Shown piece after piece: positions 26,571-40,053 of a stretch of DNA of 64,000 nucleotides. Where the stretch lies: positions 66,774,001-66,838,000 of the forward strand of contig OX597827.1 of assembly GCA_951406725.2 (NCBI GenBank). The letters are read 5' to 3'. Under the pieces are notes generated by a model, which worked only from the letters and a program-made list of their open reading frames with translations, had not been told where the DNA came from and made no database searches. The translations under genes were made by a program, and so were the position numbers. The stretch comes from Octopus vulgaris. Taxonomy: Eukaryota. Every line of letters begins with the position of its first letter. The first letter of the stretch is position 1.

Positions 26571-26992
26571 GTACACACACATACACACATACATACACAC
26601 ATGCATATGTTAACACGATCTTAATCACAAAAAGTTCAGTTTGTTTTATATGTAAAAATAGTGTAACATTGAAATATTCCTTTGCTTGTTGAAATTTCGA
26701 TTTTAATGTTATTGATTTCTTTTTCTTTTTGCTTTATCACGCGAGAAAAAAAAATTAAGTATTGTAATTCAAATATATATATATATATATTGACCTTGTT
26801 AGTGAGCTAGTAATATATTTTATTACATAGTTGCAACGAATGAACATGGATATGTTTCATAAGGTAGTAAATCTCTTCTCAATTCACAAAGAAGCTTATG
26901 TTTCATGTTATATCATAAGATGTTTCTTTTCTATTTGATTTTCGATCCGACATTTGAAGGCGAAAACACGTTGGTGAAGTATTTGAGTTTAT

Positions 26993-27606
26993 GTGCATAT
27001 GTATGTATGTATGCATGTATGTATGTATGCATGTATGTATGTATGTATGTATGTATGTATGTATGTATGTGTGTATGTATGTAAGTATGCATGTATGTGT
27101 GTATGTATGTATGTATGTATGTATGTGTGTATGTATGTAAGTACGCATGTATGTATGTATGTATGTGTGTATGTATGTGTGTATGTGTGTATGTATGTGT
27201 GTATGTATGTAAGCGTGTATGTATGTATGTATGTGTGTGTATGTATGTATGTGTGTATGTATGTATGCATGTATGTATGTATGTATATATGTATGTATGT
27301 ATGTGTGTATGTATGTATGTATGTATGCATGTATGTATGTATGTTTGTATGTATGTATGTATGTATGTATGTATGTATGCACGTATGTATGTATGTGTGT
27401 ATGTATGTATGTATGTGTGTATGTACGTATGCATGTATGTATGTGTGTATGTATGTATGTATGTATGTATGTATGTGTGTATGTATGTATGCATGTGTGT
27501 ATCTATGTATGTATGTGTGTATGTATGTACGTATGTATGTATGTATGTATGCATGCATGTATGTATGCATGTATGTATGTATGCATGCATGTATGAATGT
27601 ATGTAG
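26993..27606. repeat. About 610-bp imperfect (TATG)n tetranucleotide array
   Basis: Read directly. It produces the spurious YVCM/HTYI ORFs. Confidence 0.95.
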
Positions 27607-27613
27607 GTATGTA

Positions 27614-27737
27614 CATGTGGTTCCGGGTTCATTCCCACCCCGTGCTACCTTGGACAAGTGCTTTTTAGTATAGCGTCAGGCCGGGCAAAGCCTTGTGAGT
27701 GGATCTGATGGACGGAAACCGAAAGAAACCCGTCGTA

Positions 27738-27796
<59 letters not shown>

Positions 27797-27799
27797 GTA

Positions 27800-27858
<59 letters not shown>

Positions 27859-28509
27859 ATATATATATATATATATATAAACTACCAGTATCACACGGCG
27901 TTGTACGGGTTTGTAAGGGAAATAACTATATAATCATTTTTAGAGAGTTATAGCCCGAAAATAGCAACAAAAAAAAATGCATTAAAAATGGAAAAAAATG
28001 ATGGTAATTTTTTTTTTAAATCGTTGACTCATCGTAGACATTTTTAGAGAGTTACTTCCCCTTATATAATAGCGAAAAAATGCATTTAAAATGGAAAAAA
28101 TGATGGTAATTTTTTTTTAAATCGTAGACTCTTCGTAGACGTGCGCTAATACCCAGAAGGGCTCGATATGAATTACGACTATAAGATACCCGGTTTTGGT
28201 TAAACTGCACCGCAAAATGTGGGAGTAGTTAGGAATCTAAATCGTAGGAGACAGACACACAACTTAACTTTTATATATAATGATATATATATATATACAT
28301 ATATATATATGTGTGTGTGTGTTTGTGTGTTTTGCGTGTGTGTGTATGTTTTTGTGTCTGTGTTTACGTCCCCGTACATTAGCGGTTCGGCAAAATAGCC
28401 GATAGAATAAGTGCTAGGCTTAGAAGGAATAAGTCCTGGGGTCGATTTGCTCGACTAAAGGCGGTGCCCCAGCATGGCCGCAAGGAAATGACCGAAACAA
28501 GTAAAAGAG

Positions 28510-28510
<1 letters not shown>
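27614..28510 (+). mobile_element. SINE family A split by a Helitron-like insertion in its internal (TA)n
   Basis: 5' half at 27614-27736 and 3' half at about 28340-28510 (GTTTACGTCCC..GCGGTTCGGCAAAA..GGGGTCGATTTGCTCGACTAAAGGCGG..AAGTAAAAGAGTA). Confidence 0.8.
27882..28283 (-). mobile_element. Non-autonomous Helitron-like element with internal ~105-bp tandem duplication
   Basis: 27882-28010 is the reverse complement of the 3' end of 23431-23804 (terminal CTAG changed to GTAG). The other end reads ..GACAGACACAC..TTTTATATATAATGA|T. Confidence 0.8.
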
Positions 28511-28562
<52 letters not shown>

Positions 28563-29003
28563 CGAGAGGATAAGAGGAATTAGAAAATAAGAGACATAGT
28601 AAAGAAAAGGAACATAAAATTAAGAAAGAGGAAAGAAGATGATGAAGAAGAAAATATGAAAAGTGAATGGATGATGTCAAAGAAGAAAAGAGACAAAAAG
28701 AACATGAAGGGGAGGGGGCAAGAGGAGGAAGAAGGGGAGGAAGGGAATGACAGGGAGGAATGCAGAGTCATGAGAAGCTGAATCGATATGATGAAAATTT
28801 CAAAGTGTATTGAAAAAAGATGAAACAGCGAAAGATAGGAAAGAAAAAATATGCTGAATTAACACTTCTTTTAATGCTGAATGTAAAATATACGGAAGCA
28901 AAAATATTGTAGGGACAAGAAGATAACGGAAAGGGACAAAGAACAAAATAGCAGCAGTAGTAGTAGTAGTAGCAGACACGGCAGCAGGCAGCAAGCAGAA
29001 TCT

Positions 29004-29071
<68 letters not shown>

Positions 29072-29075
29072 GGTG

Positions 29076-29132
<57 letters not shown>

Positions 29133-29407
29133 TTGGTGGTGGTGGTCGTAGTCGTGGTAGTAGTAGTAGTAGTAGTAAAATATTTTGTTGAAGTAAGAAG
29201 ATGATGAAGATGATGATGATGATGATGATGATGACAAAGAAGAAAATAAAGAAGAAGAAGAAGAAGAAGAAGAAGAAGAAGAAGAAGAAGAAGAAGAAGA
29301 AGAAGAAGAAGAAGAAGAAGAAGAAGAAGAAGAAGAAGAAGAAGAAGAAGAAGAAGAAGAAGAAGAAGAAGAAGAAGAAGAAGAGAAAAGATGATGATGA
29401 TGATGAT
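29004..29407. repeat. Compound trinucleotide tract (TAG)n(TGG)n(TAG)n(GAT)n(GAA)n(GAT)n
   Basis: Read directly from the sequence. Confidence 0.95.
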
Positions 29408-31083
29408 ACAAAAAGCGAAGGAGTACAAGGAGAATGCGATACTGATGCCGAGAAGAAGGATCAGATAGGTGTTATAAGGGAATATAATTTTCATTCATAG
29501 CATGTGTAAAATGTTTCCACTTTTATCTTATGATTTGAAATTTTGGCAGCACAACTCCAACAATATTAGGTTGACTCCATTATTCAAACACATTGTTTCC
29601 AGTATTCAACAAGCCCTAATTTTATCGGCTAGAAAAGGATAGAAAGGCAAGGCCGGTCGTGAGTGGAATTTGATGCCATAATGTAATGGATGACGACATA
29701 CAACTAAGCATTTTGCCAGGCGTTCTAACAATGCTGCCAGGTCACTACTGTAAACGCCTGACTGCCCACTTAACTGTGTGTAATTGTAGCAGAAGGCCAT
29801 CAATTATAGAGAAGTATTAAATGTATGTTGTTGTTGTTGTTGTTGTTGTTAAGCAAGAAGATGAGTAAGGGTGATTAGGTGATGGTCTAGAGCTTAGGGG
29901 CGGGAGACCCCAGACCTTAAAAAAAAGAAACCTTTGGTCGTCTTGTTGTAGTCGAGGGATCTTCGTTGACGCCAGACACCACTGGGAGGTGGCCCTCGGA
30001 GTCACTGGAAATGGAGTTCTCCAGGTCCAAATTTTTGAACGGCCTAAGTTTGTTATGCTTACTCCAGCTTTCAACGGGTACACATTTTGTAGATTCAGGA
30101 GAATGGAAGGTAAGTTCGCTCTTGGAAGAAGAAGCACTGATAAGAATGTTGTCCGACACTTTATAATAAGACTTCCAGCCCTATGATTTTATAGTTTCAA
30201 ATTTTTGAATGAGGCAATGAATCTTATGGGAGGAGGTCAGTTAATACCGTCCACCCCAGTTGTACACAGATAATATATTTAATCAGGTGTGTGTGTGTGC
30301 TTATGAGTTTGCATTTGTGCGTATGTGTATTCTTGTTTGGCGTACTTTTCCTCTTCTACATTTTGACGACTTGTAATGGTTTGTTTCCGTCCTCGTAACT
30401 CAGATATTCGACAAAAGAAAATATTAGAATACGATCTAGACATAAAATATGTACTGGGATCGATTTGTTCGATAAATTCTATAAGATGTTGCTATAGCAT
30501 GGCCAAAGCAGAATGAGGGAAGGAAGTAATTGAGTAAACAAGGAAAAATGTTGGAATCCAAATCTCACAGGGTATCTCCTGGCCGCCGTTCTTTAATTTA
30601 CAACTAATTTGACATATGCAAATGTCGTCCGAAGATATGAATGCATTGGGCGAGTATAGAGTCCAACAACGGTCTTCAGGGAATATCTGTTTTAATGTGG
30701 TACAGAATATGGTTGTGCTCTCAACGATTTCTTATTGTATGTTATATATATTTTTTTATCTTTTACTTGCTTCTGTCATTAGACTGCAGCCATGATGGGA
30801 CACCACTTTGAAAGGTTTAGTCGAACGAACAGCTCCAGGGACTTAGATTTTAAGTCAAGTGTCCATTCGTCTGTCTGCTGTGTCACCGATTGTCATGTGT
30901 TCGAGAAGGACTAACACAGACACAAGACAACACGCATATACATATACGTACAAATACACAATCGCACACACACAGATGTATATATATATATATGACAAGA
31001 AATATATTGTCTATATATATATGTGTGTGTGTGTGTATGCGTGTGTATGCGTGTGCGTGTACATGTACATACATATATATATA

Positions 31084-31117
<34 letters not shown>

Positions 31118-31399
31118 CAGTTATGATAATAAGTTGACGTTAATTTTAGGGGTCACTTTATACTTTGGTAAAGTAAAAACGTATCATTCCTAAACAAGGT
31201 TTTTGAGAGTGACTTCGAAGATTAGGTCAGTTAAGTCATCGTCATTAGGTCAGTTAAGTCATTGAGGTTAATATTGGCTTTAAATGTTCATCTTGAGCTA
31301 AAATCTCCCTTAGGCATGTGAGTTTCCGAGGCGTACTAATTAGAATTTTGTGTGGGTTGTTATGAATAGGTGATTTGGAGAAATCATTTCTTTTTTTTT

Positions 31400-31880
31400 T
31401 CTACTTTAAACACAAGGGTCGAAATTTGGCGGATGGAAGCCAGCCGCTTACATCAACACCAGTATGTAACTGGTACTCAATTTATCGAAAGGATGAAAAG
31501 CAAAGTCGACGTCGGTTGAATTCGAACTCAGAACGTAAAGACAGACGAAATACATATTTCTTTACTACCTACAAGAGGCTAAACACAAAGAGGACAAACA
31601 AGGACAGGCAAAGGGATTAAGTCGATTACATCGACCCCAGTGCGTAACTGGTACGTAATTTATCGACCCCGAAAGGATGAAAGGCAAATTCGACCTCGAC
31701 GGAATTTGAACTCTGAACGTAACGACAGACGAAATACCACTAAGCATTTCGCCCGGCGTGCTAATGATTCTTATTTCTTTATTGCCCACAAGGGGCGAAA
31801 CATAGATGGGACAAACAAGGACCAACAAAAGGGTTTAAGTTAATTACATCGGATACAGTGCGGAACTGGTACTTAATTTG
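31400..31880 (-). mobile_element. Cluster of SINE family B units
   Basis: Repeated GAAAGGATGAAA.GCAAA.TCGAC..GAACTC.GAACGTAA.GACAGACGAAATAC blocks. Confidence 0.85.
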
Positions 31881-32440
31881 TTGCTGTTTACGTTTAAGAT
31901 ATAAACCCTTGTTTTTCTTGTTGGTCTCTTTGTATATTGTTTTAGGAGCCGTCTATGGGATTAGTCTTTCGGCTAATATTTATGGAGTGATTATTATCCT
32001 GGGGATTGCGAGTCCCTTATTTCTAACTATAATGATTCCCGCTACATTGACTTTCCTCTATATTTTCATATCTTCAGTTTAGAGGGCTTTTACTTGCCTT
32101 CAATCTTCATGCGCAGACTAGACGGGATTATTTTCTCTGTCTCTGTCCTCATCTCTGCGAATGAAATATGTATCATAACCTGGAGTGCAGCAATTGCAAT
32201 ATGTACACAAAATAGCTTAAAACAAATCACTAAAGCGCCCAAATTTGAATACAATTTGTTGCAAATTCTGTCTAGAGGCAGATGGCATCATCCAAGCGTT
32301 CCCATCTTTCCTAGCAATGCAGCCGTACCTCGCTCCCTTTTTCAAAATCCATACAAGGATGACCTATTCTTATCCATGGACTCCAGATCGCCTCACAAAT
32401 GCACCAAGGTTCATGTGACGGTAGGCGGTAAGCCACAGTT

Positions 32441-32798
32441 CAAGGCGGTGAGCTGGCAGAATCGTTAGCACGCCGGGCGAAATGCGTAGCCTTATTTCGT
32501 CTGCCGTTACGTTCTGAGTTGAAATTCGGGGTTAATAAATTAAAGTACCAGTTGCGTACTGGGTTCGATGTAATCGACTGAATCCGTTTGTCTGCCCTTG
32601 TCTGTCCCCTCTGTATTAAGCCCCTTGTGGGTAGTAAAGAAATAGGTATTTCGTCTGCCGCTACGTTCTGAGTTCAAATTCCGCCGAGGTCAACTTTTCC
32701 TTTCATCCTTTTGGGGTCGATTAAATAAGTTCCAGTTACACAATGGGGTCGATAAAACCGACTTAATCCGTTTGCCCCTTGTGGGAAGTAAAGAAATA
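32441..32798 (+). mobile_element. SINE family B with 14-bp TSD
   Basis: GGTAAGCCACAGTT at 32427-32440 and 32799-32812 flanks a B copy with a duplicated body. Confidence 0.9.
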
Positions 32799-33844
32799 GG
32801 TAAGCCACAGTTATTATTTTACAGCTACAAGAATTTCACCTTTGTCCTACATTTTATGAAAATAATCAGCAAAACATTCCTGTGATAGTTTTGTCGCATT
32901 CATTCTATTCTTGAGAACAATCTCTTCTTCAAAAAGCTTACATTGTTAAACAGTTTTTTTTATCGATGATGGACAAAAAAATAGCAGCATATGTGAAACA
33001 TTTATGATTATCCTACAATTGCGTTCATTTGTGTATTCTTTTCAGAGAAAAAAATTATGAAGTGCCAATGTCTGCGTTTGTGTTTGTAATTGCACCTCTC
33101 TGTATGATTGTCGTCGTTCATTTTCTGCTTGTATGTTGTTTTTAATGTTCATATATTCATTTGCCGTTTCGAAAATACTCAACAAATTTTTATTCGAAAA
33201 TATTGCAGGCTGGCACGGAGGTACAACCTCTGTAGTAATCACATCTTGTTCTAGACAAAGAAAAGAAAACAATCCGAAATCTTCGTGAGTAAAAAAATAT
33301 ATATCTTGTCAGAAGTCAAAAGATGCTTAAAACTTAGAATTTTTGTTTTCTTTTATTTTTGTTTTTCCTTTAATAACTATTACTACACAGAATTTTCTTA
33401 CAAATAATCCAAAAACATGTGTACCTAATTAAATGGAACGTAAAAATCAAAACTGCTGTGGTGAAGTAACAAAACAAACTACAGTGATAATACATCAGAA
33501 TTTACAAAGATTTAATTTATTACTGCAATGGTTTCTTTAACAAGGATGATGATGATGATGACAACGATAACGATGACGACGACCACCACCACCACGATGA
33601 GGATGTCTTGCAAACAACTTGCACATGCAAGTGCTACCAGTCAAAAGCTCCGTATACCGGAGGTCATCAGGAGAGAATGCGCGCCGTTTCGGGGCCTACC
33701 TCTCGACGGCATCAATGCGCACCGGCCCCCCTCACTGATATGAGGCCCCGCTTGCTAGATCAGATGGTTATTAAAATAAGCTCAATATTCTTCTAGCCAT
33801 CGCTCATCGTCTCTTTTTAACCAAATCCAATTATTAATAATTAT

Positions 33845-34088
33845 TATTTGGGGTTTGAATAATTCACCTCTGGAAACACGTATGCTTAATTCACCATCCT
33901 AAAACAAATTTTATTGAGTGACCTTTTCAACGGGATGGTCTATTCGACCTGAAGAAAATTCTCACTGGACCTCACCTGCAAGGTCATGTGTTGTGTATGT
34001 TGTTATGAAATCACCACGTGTTCGGTGTACACTTATGCAAAGGATAGTCAGCCAGTTTGATGACATGAGCTGCTCTCTCACTCCCTCA
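33845..34088 (+). mobile_element. Repeat family D, 3' fragment
   Basis: TTTGGGGTTTGAATAATTCACCTCTGGAAAC...CACCTGCAAGGTCATGT...CTGCTCTCTCACTC, then an A/T-rich tail. Confidence 0.75.
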
Positions 34089-34345
34089 ATAATAAATAAA
34101 ATAAAATAAAATAAATAAAATAAAAATAATTATAACTTTAACTAAAGGCGCAAGGCCTGAAATTTGTGGGGGAGGGGACTAGCAGAAACTCTGACCCCAA
34201 TGTTCAGCTGCTACTCATTTCATCGTCAGGAAAGGAGTAATTGTAAAGTTAAACTCGGTGGAATTTGAGCACAGAACATAAAAGACAGATGAAAAGCCGC
34301 TAATATGCTTCCCAGAGTGCTAACGATATTGCTAGCTCCCCACCT

Positions 34346-34641
<296 letters not shown>

Positions 34642-34728
34642 GTATTTTTTTCATTCTTTCTTCAAATTTCTTTCCATTTCTCGCCGAGTATTTTCCGTAC
34701 GTCTATGGCAGAGAAGCTCATTTTATTA

Positions 34729-35167
34729 GTGAGTGAGCAGTGCATGATATCAAAATATACGAAGCCGTGTATATCCATCATGTCTACCCTTCTGATTAGG
34801 GTACACCAGGCACATGCATCACAACCATGTGTGCACGACATAGTGATCTCATATCAAGATAAACAGCACATGGACTTGCAGGTGGGGCTCAGTTACAATT
34901 TTCTTCTGGTCGAGTAACCTATCCCGCTCAAAAGGTCCCTGAATAAGGGTTGTTTAAGAATGTTGAATGAAACACGTATGTTTCCAGAGGTGAATTATTC
35001 AAACCCTAAAGAATCCCTCTCAACACATGCATATGATGCTCCCCAACTACTTCTGCTCGTCAGCCACTGAGGGTCATGGTCAACTGGTTATGGTCAAACA
35101 ACTGCCAAGCAAATCTGTAGTATTGAGCAGAATATTTGCTGTAGCCCATCTTTTATACCGAGACAAA
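34729..35167 (-). mobile_element. Repeat family D
   Basis: Reverse complement of about 4815-5293 over roughly 440 bp. Confidence 0.85.
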
Positions 35168-36734
35168 GATTTTCAGAAAGAATCACTAGTCCGGTTTGAC
35201 AAACACACGTCACAATAGATCAATATTTAGCTTTACCGCAAGACCACGTCACGAATAACTCGTACACCTTAAATGACAATAGCGCTGACATTTCAAATAA
35301 TAATATTTATCCATTGGCTGCAGATGTAAATAGAAAATAACATTGGTTCATATTATTTAATGACAGAATGACAGAACGAGGGCATAAATCAAGCATATAT
35401 CTTCCCCCGAATGCCTTAAATAATTACAATTTTAAAATTCCCAATACGGGGCGGAGACAGTTAACAAAGCGGTTGCATGCCTTCAGAGTTTCCATTGTTA
35501 ATGTCAGATAGGAGATATTTATGTTGATGCTGGTAAAATTGAAGATGGACATCATGATGATATTAACATTGATAATAATGAAAATAATAATAATTATTAT
35601 TTTTATTAGGCGAACACATAACACTCTGGGCTGTCTATAAAATAAAACCCTGAAAGGCGTTTTATGGGAGAGAACGCTGCTTGACAGCTTTGAAAAATAA
35701 CAAATAACTGTGATTAAAAAATACCGAAAACTGCGATTAAGATATAATTACATAAATGAAAAAGAATTGGCCAACATTTTGAAAGAAAATTGCCACAGAA
35801 AAACGATATAAATCTTAGAGACATTACCACATATAATTGTTGCATTACAAATGGTTACATTACTCAGTGAACGCCTACCGTGTGTAAAAATATAATCGAA
35901 CTGATTGGGCTCCCACGAGTCACAAAGACGAATAAATATTCGAATAAAAAATGCATTATTCAGATTGAACATTTTAATAGAAGATTGTGTACATCAAATC
36001 CAATGGACAGAAAATAAAGAAAATCAGACGTACAAAACTTCATATTACGACCATTAAGTTTACGTACAAGTAAGCGGCTAAAATTATGACAAACTGATCG
36101 AAAGGTCAGCTGGTCTTGGCTCTTCATTCTCACAAACAAATCAAAGACACCTGGACAGAGAGGAAAGTATTTTCGTATGCATGCTCTAAACATACTATAT
36201 CCTATAAATAACAGTGCAACAATATATTATGAAATTTTGTGTGAGGCAGTCCGAATGCTCAGTAACGTATTTGCAATGCAAATCTGTTGTGTATAATTAA
36301 ACTTTTAGACAAAACATGACCTCTTTTGCAATTAAAGACATGCTCATTTGACTTTAAGAGTCAATTTATGATCAGTGTCGCCATAGTTTAATCCCGAGGA
36401 CTAATAAGTCAAAGTCAAGGGTCACTAACATGTCTACTAAATATCCTTCGGCCTAATTCCTCACCATCAAGGGAATCCCGAGAATGCGAAGATATATGAA
36501 GTATCGGAGATTAAAAGAGGAAAGGAAAGAAAGCATGAATATAAATAAATATTTGAATTATGAAACGATTTATTCGGGAATTAGGCGAAACATATATGGT
36601 AGACGAAAAGTAGGGTAGTGAATATATTTTAACAACCGAAATGGGTTCTATAGGTATCAAAGTGTCTACGAAAACAATAAAAGCGAATGGAAGGTATTTG
36701 GAGGTGTCTCCTTCCCAGCCTCTCCTCCGTTCAT

Positions 36735-37022
36735 AATCATCATCATTCATCATTGTTCGACAGTGGTCGAGACAATGGAATTTACCATGCTACGCCAGAC
36801 TTCACGGTCCATCATGGCATTACGGAGGTCCTGTTGCTGGATGCCTGTATCCCTGGAGATTACATCAGGGTAGGAGAGTGTGCGCCCTCTGGTATTGCGA
36901 GTAGATGGCTTCCAGAGGAGAAGAGTAGAAATTACTTCTTTTTCAGCTCTACAACAATGTTCAGCAAACTGGACTCTCCTACCTTTCACAAGAGATGACA
37001 CAGGTGGTAGTTTCCCATATAT
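36735..37022 (-). mobile_element. 3' end of an RTE-type LINE with short (GAT)n tail
   Basis: LPPVSSLVKGRRVQFAEHCCRAEKEVISTLLLWKP..RGRTLSYPDVISRDTG..LRNAMMDREVWRSMV matches the typical RTE C-terminus (R..F.GH..R / RGRP / A.DR..WR). The stop codon is followed by GAT repeats. Confidence 0.8.
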
Positions 37023-38073
37023 TACCTAGACTCATAATTCTACATCATAATCACTCACCGACAGATATTTCAAGCAGACAGACATCTCTTGATTCCTCTT
37101 AAAATGCTTTTTTAAATGGGTATAGTATTTGTCTTCTATCGCTTTGAATTTAATAAAAAGCGTCACATAGGATCATTTTTGCGAGGCAAAGCTTACGACT
37201 AAAGAGGTATTCTCTTTTGTGATACACCGATTTTGTTTTTCTTTCGTTTCACAGTTGACTAATGACATTTATTTCTTATCATCTTACAAAGGTCGCATCA
37301 CAAACTTTGTAATTTCTGTTGTTTTTATCATGTTTGACTTATTACCACGTTTATTTTTAACTTTTACGCGTGTTAAATAATAATTGTTTGTGTTTATGGT
37401 TGTGTCGCTTTGTATAATTGACATTCCATTATTCTAATTGTTTTATCCTTTTTTGTCTATATAGGTGTTCATTTTGTTTTAAATATTCGGTGTTAACAGC
37501 TTTACGTCTAGCACAAATTCCCACTAGCCCTGAGATAGACGTATTCAAACCAATAAACAAAGTAAAATTTATATTGGCAAAAATATCTGTACACAATAAA
37601 AGTTTTCATGGAAAAATGAAAGAAAAATTTCATTATTAGGGCCGAAATTAGAGTGAGCTAAAACAAAAAACAAGTGTCTATTTAGCAATGCAACAACCGT
37701 GGGGCGGTTGTTGTTTCCTACCATTTTTCCCCTTTTTAAACACTGTAATTATAGGAATGTGGTATTTGTGTCGAATATCATATTTTATCAGGTTTTCAAG
37801 AATATGTCTGCTTTTAGGACGGTATATTGTTTGATGTTTTGAACGAAAGTTGTGCCTGTAGCTAATAACGAAATTGTATTCAGCGTAACAGATAAATACA
37901 ACACGAATAATTTTTCAATCAGTGTTTAAATATATCAATAACAGCCAATCTTGGCATTGTATTCGGTACCAGTAGATATTTCTGTGATTTATATCACAAT
38001 GAATGCATAACAGATGCTTGTGCGGGTTAGGTGCTCCGTCCGAGCTAACATTGCTTCCGTCTCAAATAAAGTG

Positions 38074-38120
<47 letters not shown>

Positions 38121-38123
<3 letters not shown>

Positions 38124-38306
38124 GGTCCCGGGTTGAGTCGGGGTTAACCACAGTAAATAAGGTACTCAAACATAGCAGAGTAAATTAATTTATTATATAG
38201 AAGGAGCTTCTACAGGACTAGAACTGTTTCATTCAAAAGAAATCATCAGGAAGCTTCCCGATGATTTTTTTGAATGAAACAGTTCTAGTCCTGTAGAAGC
38301 TCCTTC
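38121..38306. mobile_element. Penelope-like/retrozyme-like short insert in (TA)n with a 107-bp inverted repeat
   Basis: (TA)n on both sides. 38200-38306 is a near-perfect palindrome centred on AAGCTT (38251-38256). Confidence 0.65.
38205..38255 (-). ncRNA. Minimal type I hammerhead ribozyme motif
   Basis: Minus strand: AGCTTC-CTGATGA-tTTCttttGAAt-GAAA-CAG-ttctagtc-CTG-TA-GAAGCT. Stem I is 6 bp, the CUGAUGA and GAAA boxes are intact, stem III is present and the cleavage triplet is GUA. Stem II is weak, with a U-U closing pair. Confidence 0.6.
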
Positions 38307-38388
<82 letters not shown>

Positions 38389-39514
38389 CGTGTGTATAAA
38401 CACACACACACACACACACCCACACAAACAAACAATTTACAGCTATTTCTGCTATAAGATGAAATCCTCAATTTGTACTCTGATTTTGTATCATCTTACA
38501 GTTTCGTCAGAACATATATACATATGTGTATACCCGTGGCGCGCGAGTGTATATCACAATATCATTCGTACCATTAGTAAAACATTATGTTGTTTACATC
38601 GTATATTGTGCCTGCATAGTTGCAGACAAGAATGTTTTTTTATCTCCATCATCATCTTCATCATCTTTATTAATATTGATCCTGGAATTTTCAGTTATGC
38701 TTCTTTGCCCTGGAGAGGAATGGCTATTTAAAAGAGGTCTACGCATAATGCATATGCATCATCATCTCATTAGGTTATGAATTTTGTATGTTCCAATTTT
38801 ATACGGAAAACAATTTGGAATTCTGCGAACTTACCCCATGATCTTGGGCAAAAGTAAATCTGAGATTTACATTATTAGAACTACTTGATAGACATGTACA
38901 GCAATTTTAAACTTCTGAATTGACTTCTCGTGATATATTAGGAAGTAGTATTCATAGTTATCGCCAAGCTAATACGGCAGTCCAGAAATATAGGACGAAT
39001 GCTCCAAGGAGGCCATCGCCTCTAGCTAACTATGTGACACACGAATCTGTATCCGTTATAACATTCGAACAGGGCAGGTCAGTCGCTTACCCTTGCTGGT
39101 CAGGGATCTGCAGACTAGATTAGTATTTGTTAAAGTGGTTGCTGTATTTTTAGTCACAGTTACGACAAATGAACGCTCCCATACCTATTCCATTTTTTAT
39201 TTTAGTTAGACGATCGGAATTCAAGAAGACACAGATAAAAACTATCATTCATACTGATAGGGATGACTCGCTTTAAAAAAATCGTGGGAACAACGACGAC
39301 GTCACGATAAATAACAACGTCTCTCAAGAATTTTTATACTAGTGTATGAAAAGCATTATATGACAGTTGGACAATTAAAAGAACGACAAAACATGGTCAT
39401 TTCTAAAACATCTTTATTCGATTAATTATTCACTGGAAACAACGAAGAGAAATTCGATATTCATCTGTATTTCAAAAGACGGGTTTAATTCCATAAGACT
39501 CCAGTATGTTAGAA

Positions 39515-40053
39515 CGAGCAAAACTCCCCCCGTCCAATGGACGGTGCTGAGTTGTCAAACATCTAAACCAAATTTTCTCAAAACAACTTGTCCGACCGTC
39601 CCATAGGCCTCCCCTTTGAGAAACACTGATTTAACCTAAATTTGAGACACCAGCAAAAGAAGAAATAAATATAAACTTTTTTTCTATTCCTAAGAAAAAC
39701 GATTTTATTCATACAAATATGCAACCGAAGAGTTTAAAGTACCAGTAATGAGAAGGCTGTTGACTGGCAGAACACAAATATGGTTTAAACAGTAAGCTTG
39801 TCAGGAAAGAAACGTGCCTTTAAGCAGTACGAAAAACATAAAAAATGGAAGGTGCAGTTATGTACAGGTTGACGGAAGAAAATGAGGACCAAAACGGCTT
39901 TTTCGATCGCATTCTCACCTGGAATCAACTTTTGTAATTTTTTCAAGATACAGTTGGTATCTACATGTCAAATTTGAGCGCAATCGGATGGAGGATGCCC
40001 TAGCTTCTAGAAGACACACAGACAGACAGACAGAACGGATTTTATATAACAGA
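39515..40053 (-). mobile_element. Non-autonomous Helitron-like element
   Basis: Right end TGTCAAATTTGAGCGCAATCGG..(GACA)n..TTTTATATAACAGA|T. Left end has hairpin CCGTCC-AAT-GGACGG (39530-39544) about 12 bp from a degenerate CTAG. Confidence 0.65.

Noticed and set aside
26903-27673. Long ORFs of 159-235 aa on both strands
   Set aside because: Translations of the (TATG)n microsatellite.
28800-29500. Poly-S/Y/H/K/T ORFs
   Set aside because: Compound trinucleotide microsatellite, open in several frames on both strands.
29850-30186. GC-elevated segment with overlapping ORFs beside (TTG)n
   Set aside because: No recognisable protein motif. It is probably a retroelement 3' remnant but cannot be assigned.
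31880-32426. Hydrophobic ORFs 31858-32082 and 32094-32468
   Set aside because: They start or end inside SINE B sequence. Only a faint IAALQ (APE-like) trace appears on the minus strand, which is not enough to call.
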